A stretch of 20,000 bases of DNA from an uncultured virus (IMG/VR IMGVR_UViG_3300029258_004075) (taxonomy: Duplodnaviria > Heunggongvirae > Uroviricota > Caudoviricetes). The stretch is from IMG/VR virus record IMGVR_UViG_3300029258_004075; one strand, given 5' to 3'. Shown one piece after another: positions 8,400 to 17,367 of the stretch (position 1 is the stretch's first letter; every line of letters starts with the position of its first letter). The notes beneath the pieces were generated by a model that was not told the DNA's origin, did no database searches, and saw only the letters and a program-made list of their open reading frames with translations. The translations under genes and the position numbers were made by a program.

Positions 8400-8615
8400 A
8401 TGTATGAAATAAGTGTTGGACCAAAGGGTAAACGCATTACAGTGGAAACATGTGATACAAAAGCAGAAGCCAACAAAATCTTACGAGAATTAAAAAAACA
8501 AAGGAAATCAAAATTTAACTATAATCCCCGAATCAAAAAAATATCATCAGAAAGAGAAAAGGAAATAAGAAAGCGAACAAAACACCTTGTTGAAAGAACA
8601 AAATCCCGCAGATGA
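8400..8615 (+). CDS. Small highly basic protein, putative nucleic-acid binding
   Basis: 71 aa, K/R-rich; TKAEANKILRELKK helix; fills the gap between two large genes. Confidence 0.7.
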   Translation: MYEISVGPKGKRITVETCDTKAEANKILRELKKQRKSKFNYNPRIKKISSEREKEIRKRTKHLVERTKSRR

Positions 8616-8632
8616 TTAATGAGGAATAAAAA

Positions 8633-11485
8633 ATGAGAGGAAAAAAAGCAGTAGGAATAATATTAGTTTGCTTAATGCTGGTAATTTCAATGCTATTCGT
8701 AAATGCAACGCAATTTACTGAAGATACAAATAATCCTATTTATGGTGCACATCTTGGTGATGGAAAAGCATACTATCCATCAGTGGTTTATGATTCTAAT
8801 CAATTCTCCGGTCACGGCAATACTTCATACTATAAGATGTGGTATGACCCCGGAGATGGAACACCACGACTTCTTCTTTCAGATGATGGTACAGATTTTG
8901 GTTCTTTTTCAGATTCAATAGCAATGACAAATTTAAGTACCGCATATCATCCTTCAGTTATCTACAACTCTGATGGTATTGATGGTACTGGTTATTATTA
9001 TAGAATGTATTATTGGGATGGTTCAACAGACCTTTCAACTCGTGTCGCTGAATCAACTGATGGTATCAACTGGGAGAACGACCAATTAATAACACAAAAC
9101 ACAACATATCATCTTCAAGAAACTGATGATGGGTTTTGGCATCAACATTATGGTCCTGGTAATGTGTATTATAATTCATCTGCAACAGACTCTGGCAGTA
9201 ATCCTTGGAATTATACATTCACTATGACATTTGACACATCAAGTGCTAATATCCTTGAACCTACGTATGGATACGAACATACAGGTCTTGCCTATTCATC
9301 AGATGGTTTCAACTGGACAAGATATGGTGATGAACCAATACTTACAGCAGATAATGACTCTGAATGGGATGCTCATTATTCTTATCATGGTGACATCATA
9401 AAAGTTAAAGAAAATGATTGGCGTATGTGGTACTCTGGTGGAGATGATGATGAAGACGGTGGAAAATATTATGCGGAAGGTGTTGGTGAAGCATATTCAA
9501 CGGATGGGTTAACATGGTATAAGAGTGATGACAATCCAATACTTCACTTTAGCGACAATCAATCAGACTCAAGCCTGGATTGGAGAGGTTACAGAACATA
9601 CACACCTAACGTAATTCGTAACGGAACATACATAATGATGTATTATACTGGTGATGATGGTGATAACCGTTCAATTGGTTATGCTGATGCATTTCTTACA
9701 GAGACAGAAGTAGAAATTATTGTTTCTCCATCTGTGATTGAAGTAGGAGATACTTTCAATTTTACTGAGTTTATTAATCAAGATGTTTCAATCCAAGCGT
9801 GTAAATTTACCGTGAACTTTACAACTAATATGAATGTTACTAATGGCTGGGTTGGAGAAGACCCGCTTTGGGATGATACATTCTTTACACTTGGAACTAT
9901 CTACAATGACACAGGAGACGGAACAGGAAGTGTGAATTATACTCAAAATGGTATTACCCATACAACAGAAAACGGTTCTCTTGCTGTCTTTAATGCAACA
10001 GCAATGAGCGTCGGACCATGTTACATCAATCATACGTATGTGAAAATAGGTTCTTCTGACCACGGAGATTGGTATATAGAAGATGTAGTTACTATTGATG
10101 CTGCTTTCACCATTTACCCACATAGTCCTTCTGGTCTTACAGCAACAATGACTACAGATACAAGAATAGACCTTTCTGGTTTTTCACCTGGTGATGGTGG
10201 AACACACACCGTTATTAGAAGAGCAACAGGTTCTTATCCTGCGACACCACAAGCAGGGACAGAAGTATACAATGGAACAGGGTCTTCTACTAGTGACACA
10301 TCATTAACTGCAAACACAACATATTATTATAGAGCATGGACATATAATACAACACAAAATGTGTTCAGTTATAATTATCAACAAGACACAGAAAAAACAA
10401 ATGAATATCCAATTAACGATAACCCATCACCCGCAGACGGTGCTGAAAATGTTGAACTAAATCCTGATTTATCAATTGACGTTTATGATTATGATGGACA
10501 AGACATGGATGTATCATTTTACACGAATGCGTCTGGGTCTTGGGTTCTTATAGGTTCAAATATGTCAGTATCTGATGGAACATATCAACAAAGCACATCA
10601 CAATTTGATTTATGGGAAACTGATTACTGGTGGAGCGTTAATACAACTGACGGTATCAATTGGAAGAACAACACATACACATTTGAAACACTTCCAAATG
10701 AACCAGCAACAGCAGAAAACCCAACCCCACATCAAGTTAATAAAGTAAACATATCACCTGTATGCGAGGTAGACATACTTGACAAAGAGCGGTCAACATC
10801 TATTATCGTTACATGGCAAGAGAACACAACGGGTTCATGGGTGACCAGAAGCGTAAACACATCAGTTGGTGATAACGAAACAGTTTCTTGGGTGTTTGCA
10901 GAGGCGGACACAATGGATACTGATTATTGGTGGCGTGTTTATGTTGATGATGGAATAAATAATGTATCATACGGACCTTGGAACTTTACAACACTATTCC
11001 TTAACGTTTCAAATGAATATCCGCTCAATAACGATGCGGAAGTAGAAAGAGAAGCAAATCTTAGTGCAGACTGTGATGGTTATGGTATGGATGTTTATAT
11101 TTATTTCTATAATATGACACCGAAAGTTCACACATGGTCTCTTGTTGATTCATGGACAGAAGAAAATTCAGATAGATTTGAAACAAATAGAGAATATGGA
11201 AACGATTTCAAATGGGGAAATACAACGTACACGTGGTCAGTAAATATCACTGACGGAACGAATTGGGTGAACAAAACATACACGTATGTCACAGAACAAC
11301 AAACAGCTGAAGGACATAATGCACGAATGGATGTTGATGCTGATAATACCCTAGATATATTTGATGCAAGAGACACATATAATAATTACAACCAAGGGCA
11401 TGAATTTGATGGAATATATGATGTTGATGAGAACGATGACATAGATGTGTTTGATTGTAGAACTATATATAATGAATATAATTAA
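8633..11485 (+). CDS. Secreted multidomain protein: five-blade GH43/32/130-like propeller, cohesin-like domain, FN3, Ig-like repeats and C-terminal dockerin-like domain
   Basis: GAGGA SD. Signal peptide ending VNA. Repeated PSV...Y[KR]MWY...AxSxDGxxW...NPIL blades. Cohesin-like region ~9713-10120. Dockerin-like loops DVDADNTLDIFD and DVDENDDIDVFD. Confidence 0.85.
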   Translation: MRGKKAVGIILVCLMLVISMLFVNATQFTEDTNNPIYGAHLGDGKAYYPSVVYDSNQFSGHGNTSYYKMWYDPGDGTPRLLLSDDGTDFGSFSDSIAMTNLSTAYHPSVIYNSDGIDGTGYYYRMYYWDGSTDLSTRVAESTDGINWENDQLITQNTTYHLQETDDGFWHQHYGPGNVYYNSSATDSGSNPWNYTFTMTFDTSSANILEPTYGYEHTGLAYSSDGFNWTRYGDEPILTADNDSEWDAHYSYHGDIIKVKENDWRMWYSGGDDDEDGGKYYAEGVGEAYSTDGLTWYKSDDNPILHFSDNQSDSSLDWRGYRTYTPNVIRNGTYIMMYYTGDDGDNRSIGYADAFLTETEVEIIVSPSVIEVGDTFNFTEFINQDVSIQACKFTVNFTTNMNVTNGWVGEDPLWDDTFFTLGTIYNDTGDGTGSVNYTQNGITHTTENGSLAVFNATAMSVGPCYINHTYVKIGSSDHGDWYIEDVVTIDAAFTIYPHSPSGLTATMTTDTRIDLSGFSPGDGGTHTVIRRATGSYPATPQAGTEVYNGTGSSTSDTSLTANTTYYYRAWTYNTTQNVFSYNYQQDTEKTNEYPINDNPSPADGAENVELNPDLSIDVYDYDGQDMDVSFYTNASGSWVLIGSNMSVSDGTYQQSTSQFDLWETDYWWSVNTTDGINWKNNTYTFETLPNEPATAENPTPHQVNKVNISPVCEVDILDKERSTSIIVTWQENTTGSWVTRSVNTSVGDNETVSWVFAEADTMDTDYWWRVYVDDGINNVSYGPWNFTTLFLNVSNEYPLNNDAEVEREANLSADCDGYGMDVYIYFYNMTPKVHTWSLVDSWTEENSDRFETNREYGNDFKWGNTTYTWSVNITDGTNWVNKTYTYVTEQQTAEGHNARMDVDADNTLDIFDARDTYNNYNQGHEFDGIYDVDENDDIDVFDCRTIYNEYN

Positions 11486-11496
11486 AGGTGCAAAAT

Positions 11497-13782
11497 ATGA
11501 AAAAGGCAAGAACTAAAACAAAAAGCACACTCCTTATGCTAATATTATCGCTTTCATTGATAATCTCTAGTATTGGTGTACGAGCAGCAAATGAACCAGA
11601 TTTATATCTCTATCTAAATGGAACTACAAGCACATCTGCTAACATAACAATCGGGGACACATTTAATTTCTCTGAATATATTGACCAGAATGGAGATGAT
11701 GCGCAAGCAGTAAAAGTATCAGTAAATTTCACTACTAATATGAATGTAACAAGTGGAGAAGAAGGACCAAATAATATATGGGGTTCTACCTTTCTTACAA
11801 TAGGGACAATAACAAATGATACTGGAGATGGAACAGGTTCAGTCAACTACACACAAAATGGTGTAACCTGTGAAGTAGACGATGGTGAAATTGCAAGATT
11901 TAATGCTATTGGCACTGAAGTTGGTGTTGCAACTATCAATTGGACATATATCAGATTGGACGATTGTGATGTAAACACGTTAGATGTTTTTATGCATAAT
12001 GCGACAGTTTTCATTCATCCAGAACATCCTTCTGGTTTCTCAGTTATATCAGAAACGACATCTAGTATAAACACATCATGGTCTTTTGCTCCTTATAGTG
12101 GTGTAGATAATTACGTTCTTTACGGCAGTACAACAGACTCTCCTACAGACCGTGACCCTGCAGAAGAACTTTACAACAGTTCAGACCTATCAACAGTTTA
12201 TTATAATCATACAGGACTTGACCCAGGACAGAAATGGTATTACACTTTGTGGGGATACAATGCCACAGAAAATATGTATTCAAATATATATGGAGAAAAG
12301 AATGCAACGACAGGAATACCAGATTATCCACCAGAAATTACCCTTATTAGTCCTTCCAACACAACAACACCAAAACTTGAATATACAACATCAGTAGACC
12401 TTCAAGTATCAATAGATGACCCAGAAGATGGCACGGTAACAACCTACATTGAATGTGATGGAAACAACGATACATTTAGCGGTGAAGGCACAAAAACAAG
12501 TACAGTGTCAGGACTCTCAGCAGGAACATACACATGGTATGTTAATTCAACAGATGGAGAATCTTATAATCGTACATGGTATCAATTTACAATAAATGCA
12601 AAACCATCAGGTGGCGGTGGTGGAGGGGGATATAATCCGACCCCATCAAATGGAGCACCCTCAGTCAGTATAACATCTCCACTATCAGTAAATGTAACTG
12701 ATGCTGACGGTGACGATATCACAGTAAAATTCTTTTGGCAAAACAATACTCAAATTGGCAGCGACCAAACAATCGTTGGTGGAGGACCTGAAACCGTATC
12801 GGTTTCACCATCTCTAACACACGGCGTCGAATACTTCTGGTACGTCACAGCAGCAGATGGGACTGACACCACAACAACAGATACTTGGTCATTCAATACA
12901 ACAACATTAGGAATCGACATTGATGCAGCATGGACAGCCGTACCAGCAAACAATACCATTTACAAATGGGTAAATGTCACCAATACAGGTTTAGAGAACC
13001 TCACAAATGTAGATATTTGGGATAGACCATCAGATTACTTATTACTCGATTCATATAACCATGGTGCCGACTTTTCAGCAAACGGACACTATGAATGGAC
13101 AATCCCATACCTTAACCACACAGGCGAGAATACCTATTACAACATTACAATGTGGTTTTCATTAGATAGTTTGCCAACCAACAATCAATGCTTCTACAAC
13201 CTTGTCAACGTATCACATCTTAGCCAAACAGATTCAGTGAATCTAACAGGGTTATGCTATTCATACACAGCAAACAAATCATCAAACATCACATATACTA
13301 ATGAAACAATAACGGAAGTGGGCTGGACAATCGAAATAGAGAACACAGGAGACTTTACACTAAACAATGTCTATGTAAATGAAACATACGACGATTGCGT
13401 AAACTATTCTTCATCAACCATTGCCCCAGAAAATCCAGGCACAGACACAGTATTCTTGATACCATCAATTGCACCATCAGCGAAATCAGAACTTATTATA
13501 AATACATCTATCACACCAGAATGCCCAGAAAATGGAACACTGCTTTATAATAATGCAACAGTGAATACATCAGAAACAGCATCGTCGATAACACTTTCAG
13601 AGTATACTCCTTATGGAGGCTATACAACGCAAGTAAAAATTAGGTATAGTTTACACATGAGTGATGTACAAACGTATGGTGATAGCGTTCTTTCTGTTTT
13701 GGGTGTATTACTTATCATTGGCGCAATATTACTTATTGTTGGTGTTGTTACACGTTATGGTTTTCTCGGTGGTAGCGAATAG
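11497..13782 (+). CDS. Membrane/coat-anchored scaffold: cohesin-like, FN3, Ig-like and two DUF11-like domains, with a C-terminal coat-protein helix 2
   Basis: AGGTG SD before ATG 11497. Signal peptide ending VRA. Cohesin-like domain paralogous to that of 8633. Poly-Gly linker. NTGxxxLxNV motifs. C-terminal GDSVLSVLGVLLIIGAILLIVGVVTRY. Confidence 0.85.
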   Translation: MKKARTKTKSTLLMLILSLSLIISSIGVRAANEPDLYLYLNGTTSTSANITIGDTFNFSEYIDQNGDDAQAVKVSVNFTTNMNVTSGEEGPNNIWGSTFLTIGTITNDTGDGTGSVNYTQNGVTCEVDDGEIARFNAIGTEVGVATINWTYIRLDDCDVNTLDVFMHNATVFIHPEHPSGFSVISETTSSINTSWSFAPYSGVDNYVLYGSTTDSPTDRDPAEELYNSSDLSTVYYNHTGLDPGQKWYYTLWGYNATENMYSNIYGEKNATTGIPDYPPEITLISPSNTTTPKLEYTTSVDLQVSIDDPEDGTVTTYIECDGNNDTFSGEGTKTSTVSGLSAGTYTWYVNSTDGESYNRTWYQFTINAKPSGGGGGGGYNPTPSNGAPSVSITSPLSVNVTDADGDDITVKFFWQNNTQIGSDQTIVGGGPETVSVSPSLTHGVEYFWYVTAADGTDTTTTDTWSFNTTTLGIDIDAAWTAVPANNTIYKWVNVTNTGLENLTNVDIWDRPSDYLLLDSYNHGADFSANGHYEWTIPYLNHTGENTYYNITMWFSLDSLPTNNQCFYNLVNVSHLSQTDSVNLTGLCYSYTANKSSNITYTNETITEVGWTIEIENTGDFTLNNVYVNETYDDCVNYSSSTIAPENPGTDTVFLIPSIAPSAKSELIINTSITPECPENGTLLYNNATVNTSETASSITLSEYTPYGGYTTQVKIRYSLHMSDVQTYGDSVLSVLGVLLIIGAILLIVGVVTRYGFLGGSE

Positions 13783-13785
13783 GCA

Positions 13786-13818
13786 GATTATGTGGTGGCA
13801 CTGCCCACCACACTAATC
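13786..13818 (+). terminator. Stem-loop homologous to that at 2087-2107
   Basis: GATTA-TGTGGTGG-cactgc-CCACCACA-c-TAATC directly after the stop at 13782. Confidence 0.65.
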
Positions 13819-13834
13819 ATATAAAGTGATTGCT

Positions 13835-15322
13835 ATGATAAGGAAATCAAATATGTACGATTTAGGCATTAGTCTACTCAGAAGACCTACTAGAACTTGG
13901 CTGAAAGACAAGAAGGACCTTACATATCCTGAAGCAAGAAGAATACACGGAATAGACCCTTTCTCCGACATTGACCAAGACCGCGTTCCTAACTGGAGAG
14001 ATTGTCATCCTTTCGACCGCTCTCGCCAAGATGACCCTTTACAACCTACATCACTTGTACCAAAAAATAATTTTATTTCAACAGACCTACGTCCTCCTTA
14101 CACTGGAGATATAGAACAAGAATATCGCGGGGTTGAAAATGCGAAAAGAGTAGGATATGATAAATTACCTCCTCAACCGAGTACACCCAAAGAAACACAA
14201 AAAGGACAAACTCCTAACTACACTGAAGGTTACTATGTGTATGCTCTTCTCGATGGAAAAGAGTCTGGATATGATAAAGATTATTGGACTAACTTTGGTA
14301 ATGTATCAGTAGAAGAAGCCCCTCAAAAATTACAACAGTATAAAAATTATCCATATGTAAAAAAAGTCTTCCTTGATAAAAGACCAAATCTTGAAAAAAG
14401 ACTTAATGCAAAACTCCGTGTCAAACAAGGAGCGTCCGGTGTCAAAAAAGTAGCAAAGCATATTTGGGACGAAGCAAGAGAATATAGTGATAAGCAGAAA
14501 TTTGGTGAACATATAAAAGAAGGATTACAAGTATCAGGTGAAGGAAGACAATGGATAAATCAAACCCGCTCCTACATCACCGGCTCTAGAGGAGCATTCA
14601 ATCCTCCATGGGACACCAGCAAGACTTCCGAAGTATCAAGAAGCGCAACAATTGGCTCTGGTGCTTGGGCACGACAGTCCAGTGAACCCCAACAACCTCT
14701 TCAAGGCTACTACTTACAAAACCTTCAATCAACTCCAAAACAGTCAATGCGCAGAAAACCAATCGGCTCTTCCACAATTCCAGAGCGACCATCCATTGGA
14801 GGAATAAACACATCTAGAAGTATGAGCAGAAGAACATATCAATCACGACCTCGCGTACAAACATATGATATGAACGAACCAACAACATACGATGAAGAAA
14901 CCATCCTTCCACGCCGTTCCATATCAGACCGTGCAGCAGACCTATCAACCTCGGTCAATTGGCAAGACCCAAGCAGAGAACCATCATCATTAGCGCCCAA
15001 GGTATTTCCACCAACAGACACTCCTTCCATTTACGGCTCGGTATCGCCGTTTGCACGACAAGACCGCAAACTCCCATCTGCCGGAATACCAGGAACCAAT
15101 GTCCAACGTTATTCTCCTGTCTCCGCCGACCAAGCAATACTCCATAAACCCCTTGTCGGAGCTCCAGACATAGCAGAATTCGGCACCCCACGTGGCTCCC
15201 GTGGCTTCGGCTTAACAACCCCACGAGAATATCAAAATTACGAGAAGCGACCACGAGGATTAGGACTCACAGGAGGTTTTCCTCCATTCCATAACAGAAC
15301 AGGTATGCTCACTAGAAGATAA
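13835..15322 (+). CDS. Basic, largely disordered P/S/T/R-rich protein with N-terminal D-rich tag
   Basis: Long ORF; start is GTG 13826, ATG 13835 or ATG 13853. Motif DIDQDRVPNWRDCHPFDRSRQD at 13967-14032. No signal peptide. Confidence 0.85.
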   Translation: MIRKSNMYDLGISLLRRPTRTWLKDKKDLTYPEARRIHGIDPFSDIDQDRVPNWRDCHPFDRSRQDDPLQPTSLVPKNNFISTDLRPPYTGDIEQEYRGVENAKRVGYDKLPPQPSTPKETQKGQTPNYTEGYYVYALLDGKESGYDKDYWTNFGNVSVEEAPQKLQQYKNYPYVKKVFLDKRPNLEKRLNAKLRVKQGASGVKKVAKHIWDEAREYSDKQKFGEHIKEGLQVSGEGRQWINQTRSYITGSRGAFNPPWDTSKTSEVSRSATIGSGAWARQSSEPQQPLQGYYLQNLQSTPKQSMRRKPIGSSTIPERPSIGGINTSRSMSRRTYQSRPRVQTYDMNEPTTYDEETILPRRSISDRAADLSTSVNWQDPSREPSSLAPKVFPPTDTPSIYGSVSPFARQDRKLPSAGIPGTNVQRYSPVSADQAILHKPLVGAPDIAEFGTPRGSRGFGLTTPREYQNYEKRPRGLGLTGGFPPFHNRTGMLTRR

Positions 15323-15355
15323 CAGCCTCAAAAGAAGTAATAGAGTGTTTGTAGA

Positions 15356-15814
15356 ATGAAAAAGGACATCTTTGATGAGAAGGGAATGCTTATTCCATTA
15401 AGCAAACGACTCAACATCGAAAAGACACCTATAGTAGATATCAATACCGGTAAAGTAATTCAAAGCATGAGAGAGAATAAATATGCACAAGTCTTCCGTG
15501 TACTCATACAACCTACCGGCGCATACGAAAATAAAATAGCAGAGGAATTTGAAGCCGAAGGACACGACTGGCAACAAGTGGCAGAAGACGCCCTTGAACC
15601 ATACATAATCATAATATACGTTAAAACAGATGACTTTGACATCGCCGAAAAGAAAGCAATCAAAACAGCAAAGAACATGTGGGATTTTCCATATTCATCA
15701 AAAAAGGAATATCGAGTACACACGATTCCACTTGACAATCCTCCTCGCTTTAGAGGAGAAATCAAAGTACTAACAGCATACGAAAAAAGGAACGAATGGA
15801 AATGGTTAAAGTGA
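15356..15814 (+). CDS. Hypothetical protein (152 aa)
   Basis: ORF track; same strand and tight spacing; GTGA overlap with the next gene. Confidence 0.75.
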   Translation: MKKDIFDEKGMLIPLSKRLNIEKTPIVDINTGKVIQSMRENKYAQVFRVLIQPTGAYENKIAEEFEAEGHDWQQVAEDALEPYIIIIYVKTDDFDIAEKKAIKTAKNMWDFPYSSKKEYRVHTIPLDNPPRFRGEIKVLTAYEKRNEWKWLK

Positions 15815-15972
15815 AAAAATTCAAGATAAAACATAATCAAAAAATGAGTGATTGGGAGCTGTCGAACAAAGACGCCGAGCGTGGACTCAATCAAATGAAG
15901 AAAGACGCACGTAAAGTTTACAGTTGGCTCAAAAAGCAAAGAGAGAAAAGTAAAGAGAAGAAGAAAATATAA
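15811..15972 (+). CDS. Small Lys-rich protein (53-58 aa), not in the ORF track
   Basis: Translated by hand: (M)KKFKIKHNQKMSDWELSNKDAERGLNQMKKDARKVYSWLKKQREKSKEKKKI*. It exactly fills the gap. In-frame ATGs at 15796 and 15802 are alternative starts. Confidence 0.65.
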   Translation: MKKFKIKHNQKMSDWELSNKDAERGLNQMKKDARKVYSWLKKQREKSKEKKKI

Positions 15973-15983
15973 AGGTGTTAAAG

Positions 15984-16313
15984 ATGAGAAATTATTGGTC
16001 AAGTAATTCTAATACAATAAACCCTTTCAAACCAATCAAGATTGGAAGAAGTTCAATAGAAAGGGAAAGTAGAGAGCAGAATCAAGCAGACAAAATATGG
16101 GAAGAGTTCTTCATGAATGATAAAAAGATGAAGAAACATATGAAATATATAAACAAGAAAGAAAACATTTTCAAAACTAAGAATAACATAAAATACCTAA
16201 TCAAACAAGTAAAGAAGGAATACGATATAGAACCACAAACAGAAGCAACACTTAGAATGTACCTTGAAGATGTAATAGGGGATTGGTACGACTATAACAA
16301 ATACAGCGAGTAA
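15984..16313 (+). CDS. Hypothetical protein with NYW...INPFKPIKI leader
   Basis: AGGTG SD at 15973-15977 favours ATG 15984. The leader is shared with 18225. Confidence 0.75.
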   Translation: MRNYWSSNSNTINPFKPIKIGRSSIERESREQNQADKIWEEFFMNDKKMKKHMKYINKKENIFKTKNNIKYLIKQVKKEYDIEPQTEATLRMYLEDVIGDWYDYNKYSE

Positions 16314-16424
16314 GAAATGAAAAGATTGATAGCACAAAGAAAAGGAGATTAGGAAAAATAAAAGCATGGGAGTTTTAACACTCATCCAATCATGGTATGA
16401 GAATAAACAATAGGAGGTGAAAAA

Positions 16425-16571
16425 ATAGCAGAACACGGACCGTTTAAAAATAAAGAAAACGCAAGAACGTTCGCAACTAAAATGCGAAAGAAAGGGTTCA
16501 ACGCTACTCTCTATCAAGCAAAGGGTACAACCCCTAGAAAACAATGGAAAGTAAGTGTTACTCGAAAATAA
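16425..16571 (+). CDS. 48-aa basic protein with SPOR-like beta-alpha-beta pattern, ATA start; not in the ORF track
   Basis: GGAGGTGA at 16413-16420, then ATA-GCA-GAA. Translation (M)AEHGPFKNKENARTFATKMRKKGFNATLYQAKGTTPRKQWKVSVTRK*. In-frame stop at 16404. A hairpin follows the gene. Confidence 0.7.
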   Translation: MAEHGPFKNKENARTFATKMRKKGFNATLYQAKGTTPRKQWKVSVTRK

Positions 16572-16579
16572 TACAAATA

Positions 16580-16603
16580 AAGGACAGACGAGATTCTGTC
16601 CTT
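16580..16603 (+). terminator. Stem-loop after the 48-aa gene
   Basis: AAGGACAGA-cgagat-TCTGTCCTT, a perfect 9-bp stem. Confidence 0.6.
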
Positions 16604-16630
16604 ACTATCTTTAACAATGAAAGAGATAAT

Positions 16631-16966
16631 ATGATACAATATGTAGTGATGATGGCTCTTGCATTTAGCGATGAAAACCCGTCAAGAGATATGATACCAA
16701 TAGACGATTTCTTTAATGAAAGAGATTGGGGAACACTCCACTATGTTATGCAATGGAAAACATTGCCAGGACATGGAGGAGAAGGAGGTCGTTCAGACGT
16801 CCTCTTCAAATGGAAAGGCACACCACAACAATTACAGAAACTAGCAGTACAACGATTTAGAATGGGACCTGATGCACCACGCTGGCTTGAAGATTATGTA
16901 GATAATAATAAAGACATCATACCTCCTGATGTCCTACCAAAATTACAAGCAATGAGGATGTGGTAG
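16631..16966 (+). CDS. Hypothetical protein (~111 aa)
   Basis: The ORF track start (16544) overlaps the previous gene and its hairpin. ATG 16631 has the same AAGAGATAATATGA context as ATG 17368. Confidence 0.7.
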   Translation: MIQYVVMMALAFSDENPSRDMIPIDDFFNERDWGTLHYVMQWKTLPGHGGEGGRSDVLFKWKGTPQQLQKLAVQRFRMGPDAPRWLEDYVDNNKDIIPPDVLPKLQAMRMW

Positions 16967-17015
16967 TATAGGATTATTTGATGACTTCTATAATGTAAAG
17001 CATAGTAAACCAACA

Positions 17016-17366
17016 ATGCAAACGGACTTGAGAGAATTTGGTCTTAAAGGAAGAGATGTTAATTATAGAGTTGTAATTCCAATTTCTGTTGAAGAAGAAA
17101 CAGGAGCAGAAAATGCATCCAATCAACTATTTTTCATAGATATGTTAGAAAGAAGATTATTCAATGAAAAAGGAGTATCATTTGATACTGGCTCTGCAGT
17201 AGACCGAGAAGGCAATGTAAGAGAAAGACATTGGGAATTGGACTGGTCACTAAGAGGACGATACTCTGCAGACGAAATTATGAGATATCTAGAAAAACAA
17301 GGTGTCCAATTCAAAGTAGTATTAAAACCTCGTCAAGATGAAAACGATTGGAGAGAGAAGAGATAA
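17016..17366 (+). CDS. Hypothetical protein (116 aa)
   Basis: ORF track; ends 1 nt before the next ATG. Confidence 0.75.
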   Translation: MQTDLREFGLKGRDVNYRVVIPISVEEETGAENASNQLFFIDMLERRLFNEKGVSFDTGSAVDREGNVRERHWELDWSLRGRYSADEIMRYLEKQGVQFKVVLKPRQDENDWREKR

Positions 17367-17367
17367 T

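Noticed and set aside
2440..13630. Target-site duplication or att sites at the inferred cassette junctions
   Set aside because: No convincing direct or inverted repeat between ~2440-2470 and ~13600-13630, and no recombinase is visible.
16314..16413. Tiny ORFs MKRLIAQRKGD and MGVLTLIQSWYENKQ
   Set aside because: Only 11-15 codons with no supporting signals.
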